Positions 14,515 to 27,344 of a stretch of 64,000 nt of DNA are shown piece by piece; the first letter of the stretch is position 1; every line of letters starts with the position of its first letter. Below the pieces are notes generated by a model that worked only from the letters and a program-made list of their open reading frames with translations, was not told the origin of the DNA and searched no databases. The position numbers and the translations under genes are program-made. The stretch is from the human T2T-CHM13v2.0 reference genome, Homo sapiens. The stretch lies in the NCBI RefSeq assembly GCF_009914755.1, contig NC_060929.1; one strand, given 5' to 3'.

Positions 14515-15030
14515 ATAATTCTATACTTAGAAAACCCCCACAGACTCCAACAGAAGGTTCCCAGAACTGATAAATCACTTCAGTAATGTTTCAGGATACA
14601 AAATCAATGTAGAAACATCAGTAGCATTTCTATATACTAATAATGTCTAAGTTCACAGCCAAATTAAGACTGCAATTCCATTTACAATAACCAAAAAAAA
14701 AAAAAAAAAGAATAAAATAGCTAGGAATACAGCTTACCAAGGAGGTGAAAGATCTCTAAAACCAGAATTAGAAAACACTGCTGCAAGAAATCAGAGACGA
14801 TACAAATGGAAAAAGGTTCCATGCTTATGGACAGAAAGAATCAATATTGTTAAAATGGCCACACTACTCAAATCAGTTTTCAGATTCAAAGCTATTCCTT
14901 TCAAACTACTAACATCTTTTTTTAAAAAAAGAATTAGAAAAAAAACTATTTTAAAATTCATATGGAACCAAAAAGGAGCCTGAATCACCAAAACAATCCT
15001 AGGCAAGAAGAACAAAGCTGGAAGCATTAC
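14515..15030 (+). mobile_element. L1 ORF2 fragment
   Basis: GGATACAAAATCAATGTA...AAATTCATATGGAACCAAAAAGGAGCC; overlaps in L1 coordinates with the neighbouring minus copy. Confidence 0.9.
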
Positions 15031-15190
15031 ACACAGGAAGAAAAATATTATGTGACCTCACTTATCTGTAGAATGTAGAAAAAAAATTGAATTCGTAGAA
15101 ACAGAGAGTTGAAAGGTGGTTACCAGGGGTTTGGTATGGGGGAAAGAGTGAGGAGTTGGTCACAATGCACAAACTTGCAGTTATAAGATA
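15030..15190 (+). mobile_element. L1M 3' fragment
   Basis: CTCACTTATCTGTAGAAT...GAAACAGAGAGT...GGTGGTTACCAGGGG. Confidence 0.7.
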
Positions 15191-15484
15191 ATTTTTTTTA
15201 AAAAAAAGTCATTCTTATTTTTATGGATAAAGCATAGTAGTTTATTTTAGTAAAGAACTTTGTTTTTCTTAAAGGGTATATTAAAGTTTGAAAAATAACA
15301 TTCTAGTTTAAATCTATATTTCTTAATATTTTTTTCTTAAGTTTTTAATTCTGCAGAATATCTATTGCAAGTCAGGTTTGTCTGTTTATGAGAAATTTAA
15401 TAGAATTGCCAGTGTCATAAAATAATTTTTATACAAAAATAATTTTATTTTTCCTCCCAGGATTAGGATTATAATATTCAAATC

Positions 15485-15795
15485 CTCTATGAATTCAATT
15501 TTTTTTTTTTTTTTACATTTTACAGATAAGTGAGGTCACATAATACTTTTTTTTCTGTGTCTGGATTATTTCACTTAGGAAAATGTCTTCTAGGTTCATC
15601 TATGTTGTCACAAATGATGAAATTTTTATCTGTTTTAAGATTGAGTAGTATTCTATTGTGTAAATATATCACATTTCCTTTATCCATTTATCCACTGATG
15701 AATACATTGGTTGTTTCCATATCTTGGCTATTGTGAGTAACGCTGCAACAAACATGGGAGTGCAAATATCTCTTTGAGGTACTGATTTCATTAGA
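15485..15795 (-). mobile_element. L1M 3' fragment
   Basis: ATTTCACTTAG...GTTTCCATATCTTGGCTATTGTGAGTAACGCTGCAACAAACATGGGAGTGCA. Confidence 0.8.
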
Positions 15796-17236
15796 ATTAG
15801 AATTTCCAAATACTTTTGTCTGAGGATAAACAAATACATTTATGTGTTTTTCTCACGTATTTTCCTTCTCCTCCCTCTCTTCATCCCCCATTTCATTCAG
15901 GTGGCCACATCCTTACCACTTTTCTCCTTACACTATAAAAATAAGCACAAAATCTGCTTGAAGATGAGCCTTAAAGAAGTGTGATAATCATTTAAGCTTA
16001 TTGAAGACCTTATGTCAAGACATTGAGGCTGGCATGTTGCTGGGGAGCGTGGATATTAAAACACACCACACACACACATTATACAGGGACTTTAGATGGT
16101 AGTTGAGAGAGAAAGAAGAAATAGAATGTGAGTTAGAAGTAAGAGGAAACAACAGATGCCATTTTTCTCTGCCTGTCAGGAAAACCATGATGCAGAACTG
16201 TGAAAAATATTTTCTCTATCTTTTTTCTCTTCCCATTACACTGTTGGTGAAGAATGCTGAGAAAATAGATTGGGTGAGAGAGTACACAAGAGGAATCTGG
16301 AATTGCAACAGATGAAGATGGCCTGGATGCAGATTTACATTACAATGTCTGAATTCCTGGGAACTGTCATATTGTTCACCATAGGGTGAGTGCATAATCA
16401 AATGTCAGTGTTCACAGGTGACACAAAAGGCAGGAGGACAATTTTACTAGGTTGGTGAGAGAAACTAATGAGTTTCTCTGGGAGGCAAGTATAGTGAAGT
16501 TTTACAAGGAGACCAGGAAAAATGTTCACACTTATTTTTCTAGGATCATGTGCTCTTAATTATTAACTGTAAACTTGAAACATGTTTAGGATTATTAAAA
16601 ATTTTTTGTTTGTTTTTTTAAATGTAATGACAGAATAGTGGTTGATTGTGATTAAAAAGATCAAATAAACATTCTCTTTTTTTTTAATGGTATTAGACTT
16701 ATGTAGCCCAATTTCTTTTAAGCACTCAGCTAGTAGGTTAACACCAGTTGGCATGATTGGTATTTTGGGTAGTTACGTTGAATTCATCTTGGGAAAATTT
16801 GCAAAATATATTTTATTGGCATTTTTATATACTTTATTATTATAGTTCTTAGTAGTACACGTTAAGGGAGACTTGAAGAAATCTGCCAAATTGCTATTAA
16901 GTAGTTAATAGTATTGAAATGCTATTAAGTATTAATAGTAAGGATAAAAGACATATCAATCTGATATGAAAATTCATAAAATAGCAGATCCAAATGGCCA
17001 AATACACATAAAACACGCTCAAACACAATACTATGGAAATTTAAAATAAATGAACACTAATTTTTTAATCTAATTTAATTGGCAAAAAACAAGCCATAAT
17101 ATAGAAAAACGATGCTTTTATTTACTGTTAATGGAAATAAGTTTACATCCTTTTTGGACACAATTTGATGATTACAATGAAAAGACATATGGCTGTAAGT
17201 AACAGAAGTCTAATACGGCAGTGGTAAAATAAAACG

Positions 17237-18244
17237 CAGTCATGCTTCACTTAATGATGAGGACATGTTCTGAGAAATGCATCATTAGGTGATTTCTTTG
17301 TTGTGTGAATATCACACAGTGTACTTACACAAACCTAGATGGTATAGCCTACTATGCACCTAGACTATGTGGTGGCTCCTAGGCTAAAATCCTGCACAGT
17401 ATATTATTGTACTTAATACTGTAGTCAATTGTAACACAATGGTATTTGTGTATCTAAACATATCTAACCATAAAGAAGGCATAATGAAAATATGGTATAA
17501 AAGATAAGAAATGGTGCACCTGCATAGGACACTTAACCATGAATGGAGCTGGCAGTACTGGAAGATTGTCTGGGTTAAGTCAGTGAGTGAGTGGTCAGTG
17601 AATATGAAGACTTAGGACATTATGGTACACTATCATAGATTTTATGAACACAGTACACTTAGGCTACACTAAATTTATGAAAATAATTTTTCTTCAATAA
17701 TAAATTAACCTTAGTGTATTATAATTTTTACTTTATAAACTTTCAAATTTCTTAAGCTTTTTAACTCTTTTGCAACTTTTAATATAAAGCATAAACACAT
17801 TGTACAACTGTACAAAAATATTATTTCTTCAGATTCACACTCTATAAGCACTTCTTTTTTTCTTTTTAAATTTTATTTGGTTAGAAAGTAAGTCAAGGAC
17901 ATACATCAGCCTAGCTCTACACAGGGTCAGGATCATCAGTATAACTGTCTTCCACCTCCACATCTTGTCCCACTGGAAGGTCTTCAGGGAGACCTTCATG
18001 GAGCTGCAATTCCTATGATAAAAATGCTTTCTTCTGGAGTACCTCCTGAAAAACGCAACTGAGGCTGTTTTATAATTAAATACACACACACACACACAGA
18101 GTACACTCTAAAATAACAATAAAAATATAGTATAGTAAACACTAGATGATAGAAATTTTTCAATTCTATTGTGATCTTATTGGGACCACAATTGTATATA
18201 CAGACAGTTGTTGATAGAAAATGTTGTTATGTGACGCATCACTG
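17237..18244 (+). mobile_element. Tigger3/Golem-family (Tigger3b-like) non-autonomous DNA transposon
   Basis: TIRs CAGTCATGC...GCATCACTG; internal TACTTACACAAACCTAGATGGTATAGCCTAC. Confidence 0.88.
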
Positions 18245-18302
18245 TAAAAGTTTCTCTCTCAATTAAAAGAAGACTGGAAGTAGTCAATCTGGTTAGGACA
18301 CT

Positions 18303-19069
18303 TGTGAATGTTAGGTGTCAACTTGATTGGACTGAAGGATGCCTAGATGGCTGGTAAAGTACTGTTTGTGGGTTTGTCTGTGAGGGTGTGGCCCGAGGAG
18401 ATTGACATTTGAGTCAGTGGACTGGAAGATGAAGACCCAACCCCAATATGGGTGGGCACCATCCAACTGGCTGCCAACATGGCTAGAACAAAAGCAAGCA
18501 GAAGAAAGTGGGATTAAGCTGCCTTGCTGAGTCTTCTAGCTGCCTTCTTTCTCCAGTGCTGGATGCTTCCTCCTTCTCCTTCTGCCCTTGGACATCAGAC
18601 TTGAGGTTCTTCAGCCTTTGGACTCTGGGACTTGCACCAGTGGTTTGCTGGGGACTCTTGGGCCTTTGGCCACAGAGTGAAGGCTACACTGTCAGCTTCC
18701 CTGGTTTGAGGCTTTCAGACTACCAGCTTCTCTCTTCCTCAGCTTCTGAGGGCCTATTGTGGGACTTTGTCTTGTAATAGTGTGAGCCAATTCTCCCTAA
18801 TAAACTGCTCTGTCTACCTACCTACCTACTTACACACACACATACTTATATCCTATTAGTGATATAGGTAGGTAGGTAGGTAGGTAGACAGAGCAGTTTA
18901 TTAGGGAGAATTGGCTCACACTATTACACACATATATATACACACACACATATATATATACACACACACACACACATACTTATATCCATGTGTGTGTGTA
19001 TAGATATATATCTATATATAGATATATATCCTGTTACTTCTGTCCCTCTGGAGAACCCTGACTAATATA
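18303..19069 (+). mobile_element. MLT2B-like ERVL solo LTR
   Basis: GTGTCAACTTGATTGGACTGAAGGATGCCTAGATGGCTGGTAAAG...CTCTGGAGAACCCTGACTAATA; TSD ACACT at 18298-18302/19070-19074. Confidence 0.92.
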
Positions 19070-21796
19070 ACACTCCATATAGTCATCAGGGTCCTGTCCA
19101 TAGCTACCACCTTAACCCATAGGTTACATCTCATGACTCAAGGTGGATAATTGTGTTCCAGCCATCACATTTAAATTTCAGTTAGTATATGAAGAGAAAT
19201 GCATAAAAGGGATCATTCTTTCCTTTTAAGGGAATTTTCTATAAATTGTGCTTACATTACTTACTTACATAGCCCCTTCTATCCATAACAAAAATATATG
19301 CTCAGCTAATATTTAGGGGGTATATGGCTAAGAAAGAAGATAAAAATGGTTAAGAGATAAGTCACACATCCTTTGATAGGGCAAAAGAAAAAAATAATAG
19401 CATACAAAAATATATGGCCAGTGATATTTATTGCAGTGTTACTTACAGTGGAAGAAGATAGGAAATTAAATAAATGTATCTAAATAGCATATTGTTAAAT
19501 ACCTTGGGATGCATTTGTCATGTAATTCTTTGATGCCACTGAAATATATTACTCAAAGGCAAATAAATGTCTTAGAAGTATTTTCACAAACTGTTTTCAA
19601 GTATGAAAAAATTGTCATATCTACCTATACATGCCTATAATTATTATTATCTTGTGGTAATGACATGCACTGAAAACTCTGAAGGTGCGTTGAAATATAA
19701 CGAGTGCAATAGAAATGCAACGGATCTTTGTGATACACCCATAGTATAAAATTACAAATACTAGGTTAACTCATTCAACAGATACTTAACTCTAGTGTTT
19801 TCTCTGTTCTTCATGAGCTGAAAACCTAAATGTTTCTTTTCCAGACTCCTTTAAATATGGAGTTCTAAATGTGATTTAGGTTCACCAATCAGAGGCATTC
19901 TGAAACTAAAATTCAGAACTGAGTTAAGTGGGAAGAGAAACAGTGAGGTGCCACTTTCCTGGTGTGAATGATGGCAGAGTCAGCAATGCCCCAGAGCATC
20001 AGCTGAGCACAGATTTCTTACTCAAAAGACACCGTCCTCATCATGGGCTCCCTTGGCTTCTCAGGTCTATGACGTGACCTGAAAGTTTATTTCTGTTTAT
20101 TCAGCATGAAGTATATTTTATCAGCTTGCCTAATACTTCTTTAAGTCATTCAGTATTGTGTAACAATAATAATAATCCTTTTCTGTTTAAAACAGCAAAA
20201 GTGTATGTTTTTCTGGGAAAGTAAACCCTCTCCAGTGTAACGCTATTGCTATATTAATCTCAAAGCATTGGAAAACATCTCTGTATTTATGTAATTAGTG
20301 GTCTTACAATAGAATCCTAAAATATTAAATTTGCCAATACTTATAAATGTTTAAGCTTTATAATTTTGCTAAAATGACTGAGTCATATCATGGTATAATA
20401 GCTTAAAAACTATTTGACCAGAGTCTTCTCTCTATAAAACTACAATGTTAAATTATCTGACTGGATTAATTTACTAGTCTCTTTTTTTATCTTACTTTTA
20501 CCAATTAACAAATGGTTATGAGATTTTTACCTGTCTCTCCATTCCTCCTTTATAAGTCAAGTACATATTTATTACAATGCTGTGGATATTACCACAAGCC
20601 TCTTACCCAAGGGAAAAGTACACAGTCCAAGTTGTTGCCCAACTTACTTTCCATTTTTCCACCCACCCATATGGCCCACTGCAACCTTGTCACAGGGATA
20701 ATAAGACATATTATTCATATTTATTAGAATATTATAATAAGATATTGAAAAAATGGCTTTACACCAATATAGAAACATCCAGCCACCTGAGGGAGAGGCC
20801 TACTGGGAATAGCAATTCAATGCAAGTTAGAAAAATGTCCTCTGACAGCACATCCTTTTATCAAGTGAAGAATTATTAATATATATGCCCAGCAGTTTTG
20901 TGACTGATGAAGAGGATATGACATTGGGAAAATCCTGCCTTCAGCTAGATAAGCATAGCCCACAGCATCCGTGCTCTTTGAGTTGACACATCCACATAAT
21001 TTTCTGCCGTGTATCTAATTATCTTTGCAATGAAGGGAGGGATAAGAAGAAAAGGTGGGGCTGGGAGGACAAAAAGGATGTGTCCTTTATGCCATCAACC
21101 TGTATGCCATCAGCTACCGAACAAGTCTCTTCTTTCATAAATACTGCATTCAAAATCATTGCCAGTGAAGGTCATTCACTTTAATCAGAATAAAAAACGA
21201 TAGCTATGTAATTTTCTTAATCTTCTGTATGAATTTCTTTGCATGCATTACATTTCCATCCCTTATTTCTTTTGTCTTATTGCATGTCTTCTATTATAGT
21301 GGCTTTAATATGCCTATTCCCCAATCTCTTACCGGTCCTGCTTCAAATCAGTTACTATAGGTAATTAGCTTTGGTGTGTCTGAGCTTGTCTTATCTCAGT
21401 CTGCTCTGTTCACAGCAGAGTCTTTTACGAGTTCCCTTCTTCACTTAGAATGCAAAAGAAGTCAGTGGAGAATCAATGCATGCTGAGAAGTTTGTGGTTT
21501 AGTTTGCCTATAATTTCGAGCAACTAATTGCTCTATGTCATTTTCATGATTAAAAAACACAAATCCAGCAGTATATACACTTTTAATTAAAAAATAACAA
21601 GTGAAGTCACTCTAAAATTAAGGAGAGTAAGTGGCTGCCATGTAGCTAAATCCTTAAGTGCAAAACGAAATGTGAACCAATTGCAGGAATATACAGTATA
21701 AAAGATGTAAAGAGAGACTTTAGGGCAGACTGAAACCGGATGACTAATTTTTGCCTCTACCAATATCAAACAAAATAATAGTAATAATAATAATAA

Positions 21797-22125
21797 CAGA
21801 CAGCCCTTCATATCCATGGGTTTCACATCCATGGATTCAACCAACTGCAGATTGATATTGAGATATTTTAAAAATTGTGTCTATAATGAACATGTACAGA
21901 CTTTTTCATGTCATTATTCCCTAAACATTGCACTATAACAATTATTTACATAGTATTTATACTGTATTAGGTATTATAATTAATCTAAAGGGGATTTAAA
22001 GTATACAGAAAGATGTCCATAGGTTATATAGCAATACAACATCTTTTTATATCAGAGACTTCAGCTTCCATGGATTTTGGTACCTGAGAGAGGTCCTGAG
22101 ACCAGTCCCCACAAGATACCACTGG
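21797..22125 (+). mobile_element. MER2 (Tigger-family) DNA transposon
   Basis: CCCTTCATATCCATGGGTTTCACATCCATGGATTCAACCAAC...CATGGATTTTGGTA...CCCCACAAGATACC. Confidence 0.88.
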
Positions 22126-22774
22126 GAGACTCCATATACCAGGATAGTTTTTCACCAGAAGCAATTTATCAGGAAAAGAGATACAGCATATTGCCATAAA
22201 ATTTGAAAAGTAATGGTGCAAAGGAAGCCATGTAAAAATTCTGACATGTTTGTGTACTGATTCAGTCCTTTCCAAGAAAATACGTAGGAGGGCAGAAAAT
22301 GTGTTCAGAAAATTCTGAGAATGTCCAGCAGCACTCACAAATGCAGGACATGGCACACTGAAGTAATATCTAGAAAAAGTTAGGAAGGAAATCATTAAAG
22401 TGGGGTTTCAGTTAAAGCAGAAAAACATTCCAGGAGACAGTTTCATCTATTTTGTCTATTCAGGATGAAAGAAATGTGGATTGAAGAAATAAAATTATCA
22501 TGTATCTGTCTAGATAATTATTGTGAGCAATAAATAAGAAGCACAGAAACCAGGAGACTTTCTAAGAAAGTGGACTGCTGAAGGTGGCGGCTGAGAAGTA
22601 CATGGAGTGTTCAGTGTCATTTATTCTTCACCCATCACTCTGCAGAAATCTTTCTTACTTTCATTTTTCTTCTTTTGCTGAGTAGGGGAGTGATATCAGC
22701 TGTTAGGGAGAGAGAGTCTGAGGAAGTAGACTAAACCATCAGAGGTCTAGGCCTCTAATTCAGTTTTCAAACCA

Positions 22775-22920
22775 AGGAGAGAATCCTCAAGAGAAAACAA
22801 ATCTGCCAACACTTTCATCTTAGACTTCCAACCTCCAGAACTATAAGAAACAAAGTTGTATTGTTTAAGCCACTGGGTCTGTGTTGTTTGATTATGGCAG
22901 CCCTAGTAGACAAATATACT
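22775..22920 (+). mobile_element. MLT1 LTR 3' fragment
   Basis: GACTTCCAACCTCCAGAACTATAAGAAA...TTAAGCCAC...ATGGCAGCCCTAG. Confidence 0.75.
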
Positions 22921-23927
22921 GGTTCATAAGAACTTATATGATCTACATCTAAATAATTCTCTTTTGATTCACTGTGTCCCTCTGTTTTCTTCTTTCATTT
23001 TTCCCCCTGAAACATTCCAACCAGCCCTCCAAGACCAGCACCTGAGCCCTTATTTTTCTTCCCAAGATCATCATATGGCTGACTCATTTTTATCATCCCA
23101 GTCCCAGCTCAAATGACACATAATAAAAGAGACTTTCTCTGATCATCCATTGTGTCCTTAAATAATTTGTACCTAGAACACTGGGACATAGCTAGTGCTT
23201 GATAAATATCCACTGAAGGAATGAAAAAGATAACAAGGGAGGCAAGAACACTTCACCCAAAATATGTAACAGACAAAAAGTGGGAATTGAAACTTTCAAG
23301 CATGAGAAAGATGGAGAGAAATGGTATAATATCTATGCAATAATTGTGTTATTGTAGGTAAATACAGGAGGTAGCAAGTGAAGGGTGGAAGAATCACAAA
23401 AAAAAAAGATGAAGATTTTGGCTTAAAAAAAAACACAAAAGGAAAAAATATTCTCTGAGTACCTCTCACTAGCAAAACATCTAAGGTAAACCTAAACCCA
23501 ATACAAACAAAAATGAACAAAAAGGTAAAATGTTAAATCAACACAATGAGATGAAAAGACATATGCTGATCTAAGAAAACAAATAAGTATCAAACAATAC
23601 AATAAAAGATGTGAGAAGTACATTAGAAACAATATGCATCAGAAATGATAGAGCAAAATAATCAAAATTCTGGAATGAAATAAAGACTTGAGATGGTCAC
23701 TGTGCATACACCAGAATATTTTTTTCACCAGAGCAATTCATCAGGAAAAGAGATACAGCACCTTGCCATAAAATTTGAAAAGTAATGGCGCATAGCCAAA
23801 GAGTAAAGCAATTAGAATGAACACAATATATAATAAGATGTAAGACATATTGTTTTCACTATCTTCTTTGCATTCTTGTTTCATTATAAAAAGAGTATTT
23901 TCCATAGAAAAATTCTGTCTTTTTCTC

Positions 23928-24840
23928 TGATAGCAACAGGGGACAAACAAACTCCTAGGCAGACAGAAATGGGTCCCCAGTGAAACCCGATCTTTTAAGC
24001 CTGAAAACTCAGCTGCCAGTTCCAGGTAGAGCCCACAGCTGGAGTGAGAACTTTCTCAACGCCTTTTACCTAATCAAATGGTGCCTTTTCCAAACCCAGC
24101 CATGACCCATTCAGGATGCAGTCCCCCATTCTAAGTCCATAAAAATCCTGAATACAGCCTCACAGATGTCTACCCACTTTCGGACCCCCTCTCATACAGA
24201 GGGCTACCCACCTTAGGTCCAATCTCATTGTCGAGAGCTTTTCTGTTACTCAATAAAATTGTTCTCTGCCTTGCTCACTCTCTAGTGTAACTCATTCCTC
24301 TTGGTCTTGGTACAAGAACCCGGACCTGACGAATGGTGGGTGCAAAAAGAGCTGTGATGCTCTTGGCTGACTGGCTGAGCTACAGGTGGCAGGAATAAAA
24401 GAGCTGTGACACTCCTGGCTGACTCTTGGAGCTGTGGAAGATGGGAATAAAAGAATTGTGACATGCACCTGCTCACCGAGCTACGGGAATAAAGAGCTGC
24501 AACATTCCTTATGTGCTCAGACTTCCAGACTCCCTGAGCAAGAGCTGTGACAACCCTTGGGGCTTTGCAACGGCTGGCCTCTCCGAATTTTCGGGCACTA
24601 CTGCATTCTCCTAATCTAGGCACTGGTGCCCAATGCGGAAGCCACTCATTACATGCCTGGTCCAGCTGTGGGCTGAGTGTGGATCCTGTGGTGGGCATGG
24701 GACCTGGGCCGAGGCAGAAGCAGAATGCAGCCTGCCGGGATGAACAGATGGAGCAAGCCCCAAGTGAGGCCCCAGGCAGAAGTCGTGGTGGCCACAGAGA
24801 TTTCAGGCTTGTGAAGGAGCCCTGAAGGAATCCTGTAACA
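23928..24840 (+). mobile_element. ERV1 LTR of the LTR1/LTR27/LTR28 group with internal tandem repeats
   Basis: TG...CA termini; TATA-like CCATAAAAA, AATAAA at ~24252; several GGAATAAAAGAGCTGTGACA-like units at 24340-24550. Confidence 0.8.
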
Positions 24841-25087
24841 TGACTACTGTTTCCTGGCTTCCCAACAAATAAAAGAGTGATTTCTCTGATTAGTGAGTGA
24901 GATCCTAATGTCCTTGTCCAAACTTGCTAGGTGGGGTCTATGTGTTAAATCCTGCTACTCTCTGGTGCTTTCTCTGGGCTTCAGTAGATGTGTAGCAGGC
25001 ATTACACTTCAGGCAGCCATCTCAGTAACTGCTTGGCAGGCCCCTACTAGAAATCAGTTCAGGATGCTGGTCTAAGACCTACTCACC

Positions 25088-25467
25088 TCATATGGTTTAG
25101 ATTTGTGTCCCCACCCAAATCTCAGGTCAAATTTTAATCCCCAGTTTTGGAGGAGGGGTCTGGTGGGAGGTAATTGGATCATGGGGGCTAACTTCCTCTT
25201 GCTATTCTTGTGATAATGAGTGAGTTCTCACCAGATCTGGTTGTTAAAAGTCTGGAAAACCTACTCCTTCACTCCCTTCCTCCTACTCCAGCCATGTAAG
25301 ACATGCTTGCTTCCCCTTCACCTTCTGCCATGACTGTCAGTTTCCTGGGGCCTCCTCAGCCATGCTTTCTGTACAGGCTGTGGAACCATGAGCCAATAAC
25401 CTCTTTTCTCTATAAATTACTCAGTCTGAGGTAGTTCCTTTTAGCAATGCGGGAACAGACTGATACA
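25088..25467 (+). mobile_element. MSTA-like MaLR solo LTR
   Basis: ATATGGTTTAGATTTGTGTCCCCACCCAAATCTC...GACTGATACA; TSD (T/C)CACC. Confidence 0.9.
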
Positions 25468-26149
25468 CCACCTATCTAGTTACACAGACAGGAAAAGAAC
25501 TGGACATTTTACACTCCTTATCCATTTATCAGTCCACAGGCAAGGTATAGTTATTAAAAGTACTTCCAATTCAGTACATGGAGTACAAATATCAGGATTT
25601 TAATATTCATCTGTACTAATTTATCATACATGTGGACACAAGTTGTTCTAGATTAGAGATAGATAAGTAATCAACTACTTCACAGTAGATAATAAGTATA
25701 TTTGCCTACTCTCAGTACAGGCCTTATCTGTAAAATAACATGATCAAAGAAAGGTCAAATATCTCATTAAAAGTAACCTGACAATCCAAAGATAAGGGAC
25801 AAGAAAAATTATTTAATTTTTTTTCTCACTAAAAGGAAGAAGGAGGAAGCTGATACTTTTCCTCCTATAAACCATTTGATATGGTAATAAAACCTCTCCA
25901 AGAGCCAGAAGGCTTTTCTTGACCTTTAATGACCTAAACACTCGTCAATTACTGGAGTTTTATCCCTTTTTCCTTCTAGGGAGATAATATTTTAATCTCC
26001 CTCTCACCCTCGGACTTAACCTAAGGATCTTATTAGGGCTATAACCATTTGGCCCTCAGGGATCAGAACAATTAAATGGAGGAATGGCTATAAATTTAAT
26101 CCTTATGGTATGTGAAGAGAATTAGGAGCTTTTATAAGAGCACTGGAAA

Positions 26150-26620
26150 ATACAGGAAAGTTTTATTTCCCAACAAAAGATAAATATGATTTTTCATAGG
26201 GATCAACTGTATGCAAAAAGGTAACATGCAATTAAAGAAAAAATCCTCAGAATTAAGATTTGAATCTAGAAAACTAAAGTACACATTCTTTTTAAAGAAA
26301 AATTAATTCCAGTATTCTTACCTGCAAAATTTATCTTGGATAAGTAATTGGATTTTAAAGATAAAAAGATACAAGTTCTTTAATCATTCAGACAGAAAAA
26401 TCAAGTCACCTACAAAAGGAAAAAGTTAAACTGTCCTCAGACTTCTTTATAGCATTGCTGTATCCAGACATAAAATAGTCTCTGAAATTTAGAAATAAAA
26501 TGTGACTTGGGATATTAGACCCAGGTAATCTGTTTTTTATTTCAATGTGTAACAGACAGGCATCCTTATACATGCAGAAGTCCTTCTTGGAAAATGAAAC
26601 AAAAACAAAAACAAAGCTAC
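26150..26620 (+). mobile_element. Old L1/HAL1 ORF1-like fragment
   Basis: CAGACAGAAAAATCAAGTCACCTACAAAAGGAAAAAG...CCTCAGACTTCT. Confidence 0.6.
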
Positions 26621-27344
26621 TAGACACATTTTAGCCAAGATAATATAAATGGCAAAAATACGGTAAAAGATTAATTTAATACCCTATTCCAAACAACAAA
26701 GCAATGTCTCTGAGTCCTGGGTGAAACTATATAAAACTCAAGATTTTTATATTCCATGAGACACTTATTTGAGTATACAGAGAACAACTATCAAATAAGG
26801 AAGAAATTAAAGAATAAATCATCAATGAACATTCCTGGAAATTACAACTTGCTAGTGGATTAGGAAATATATATCATATTAGACATCAGGAGTTGGATTC
26901 TGAATATTGGAAATGCTGCAGGATAACAGGAACTTTCATTTTTTTAGTGGAAGTAGAAATTAGTAAACTGATTACAGGTCACAACTTGAAAAACAATGGA
27001 TTTGAATGTTCATAATATCTGTTCCAATAATTTACTTCTAGGAATTTATCCTGAGGAAATTATTTTATAAAGGTATCTGAAGAAAGGCAGTGATGACAGC
27101 ATAAGTTGTAAAATTATAAAATTCTTAACTTTCTAATATATTATTGACCACTTTAAAAACTAATGCCATTTTAGATAGTATAAGTGCTAAGAAAAAAGCT
27201 ACAATATGTTATTATTGTCATATCTATAAAAATAATGCAATATAAAATCCCTATTTAGCATATTTCCGGGGGCAGCCAAAGGCATATGGCCTGACATATA
27301 GAATAATATAATCCAAAGCATTTTAATTGTATGTTTAATTTTAT

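Larger units (their letters stand above)
17188..19270. mobile_element. Old MLT1-like LTR split by the Tigger3 and MLT2 insertions
   Basis: Fragments GGCTGTAAGTAACAGAA (~17190), 18245-18300 and TTCCAGCCATCACATTTAAATTTCAG (~19160) fit one MLT1J/K-type LTR. Confidence 0.5.

Noticed and set aside
24340-24550. Spaced repeats superficially like a CRISPR array
   Set aside because: Degenerate tandem units inside an ERV1 LTR in primate DNA; spacers are related to each other and no cas genes exist
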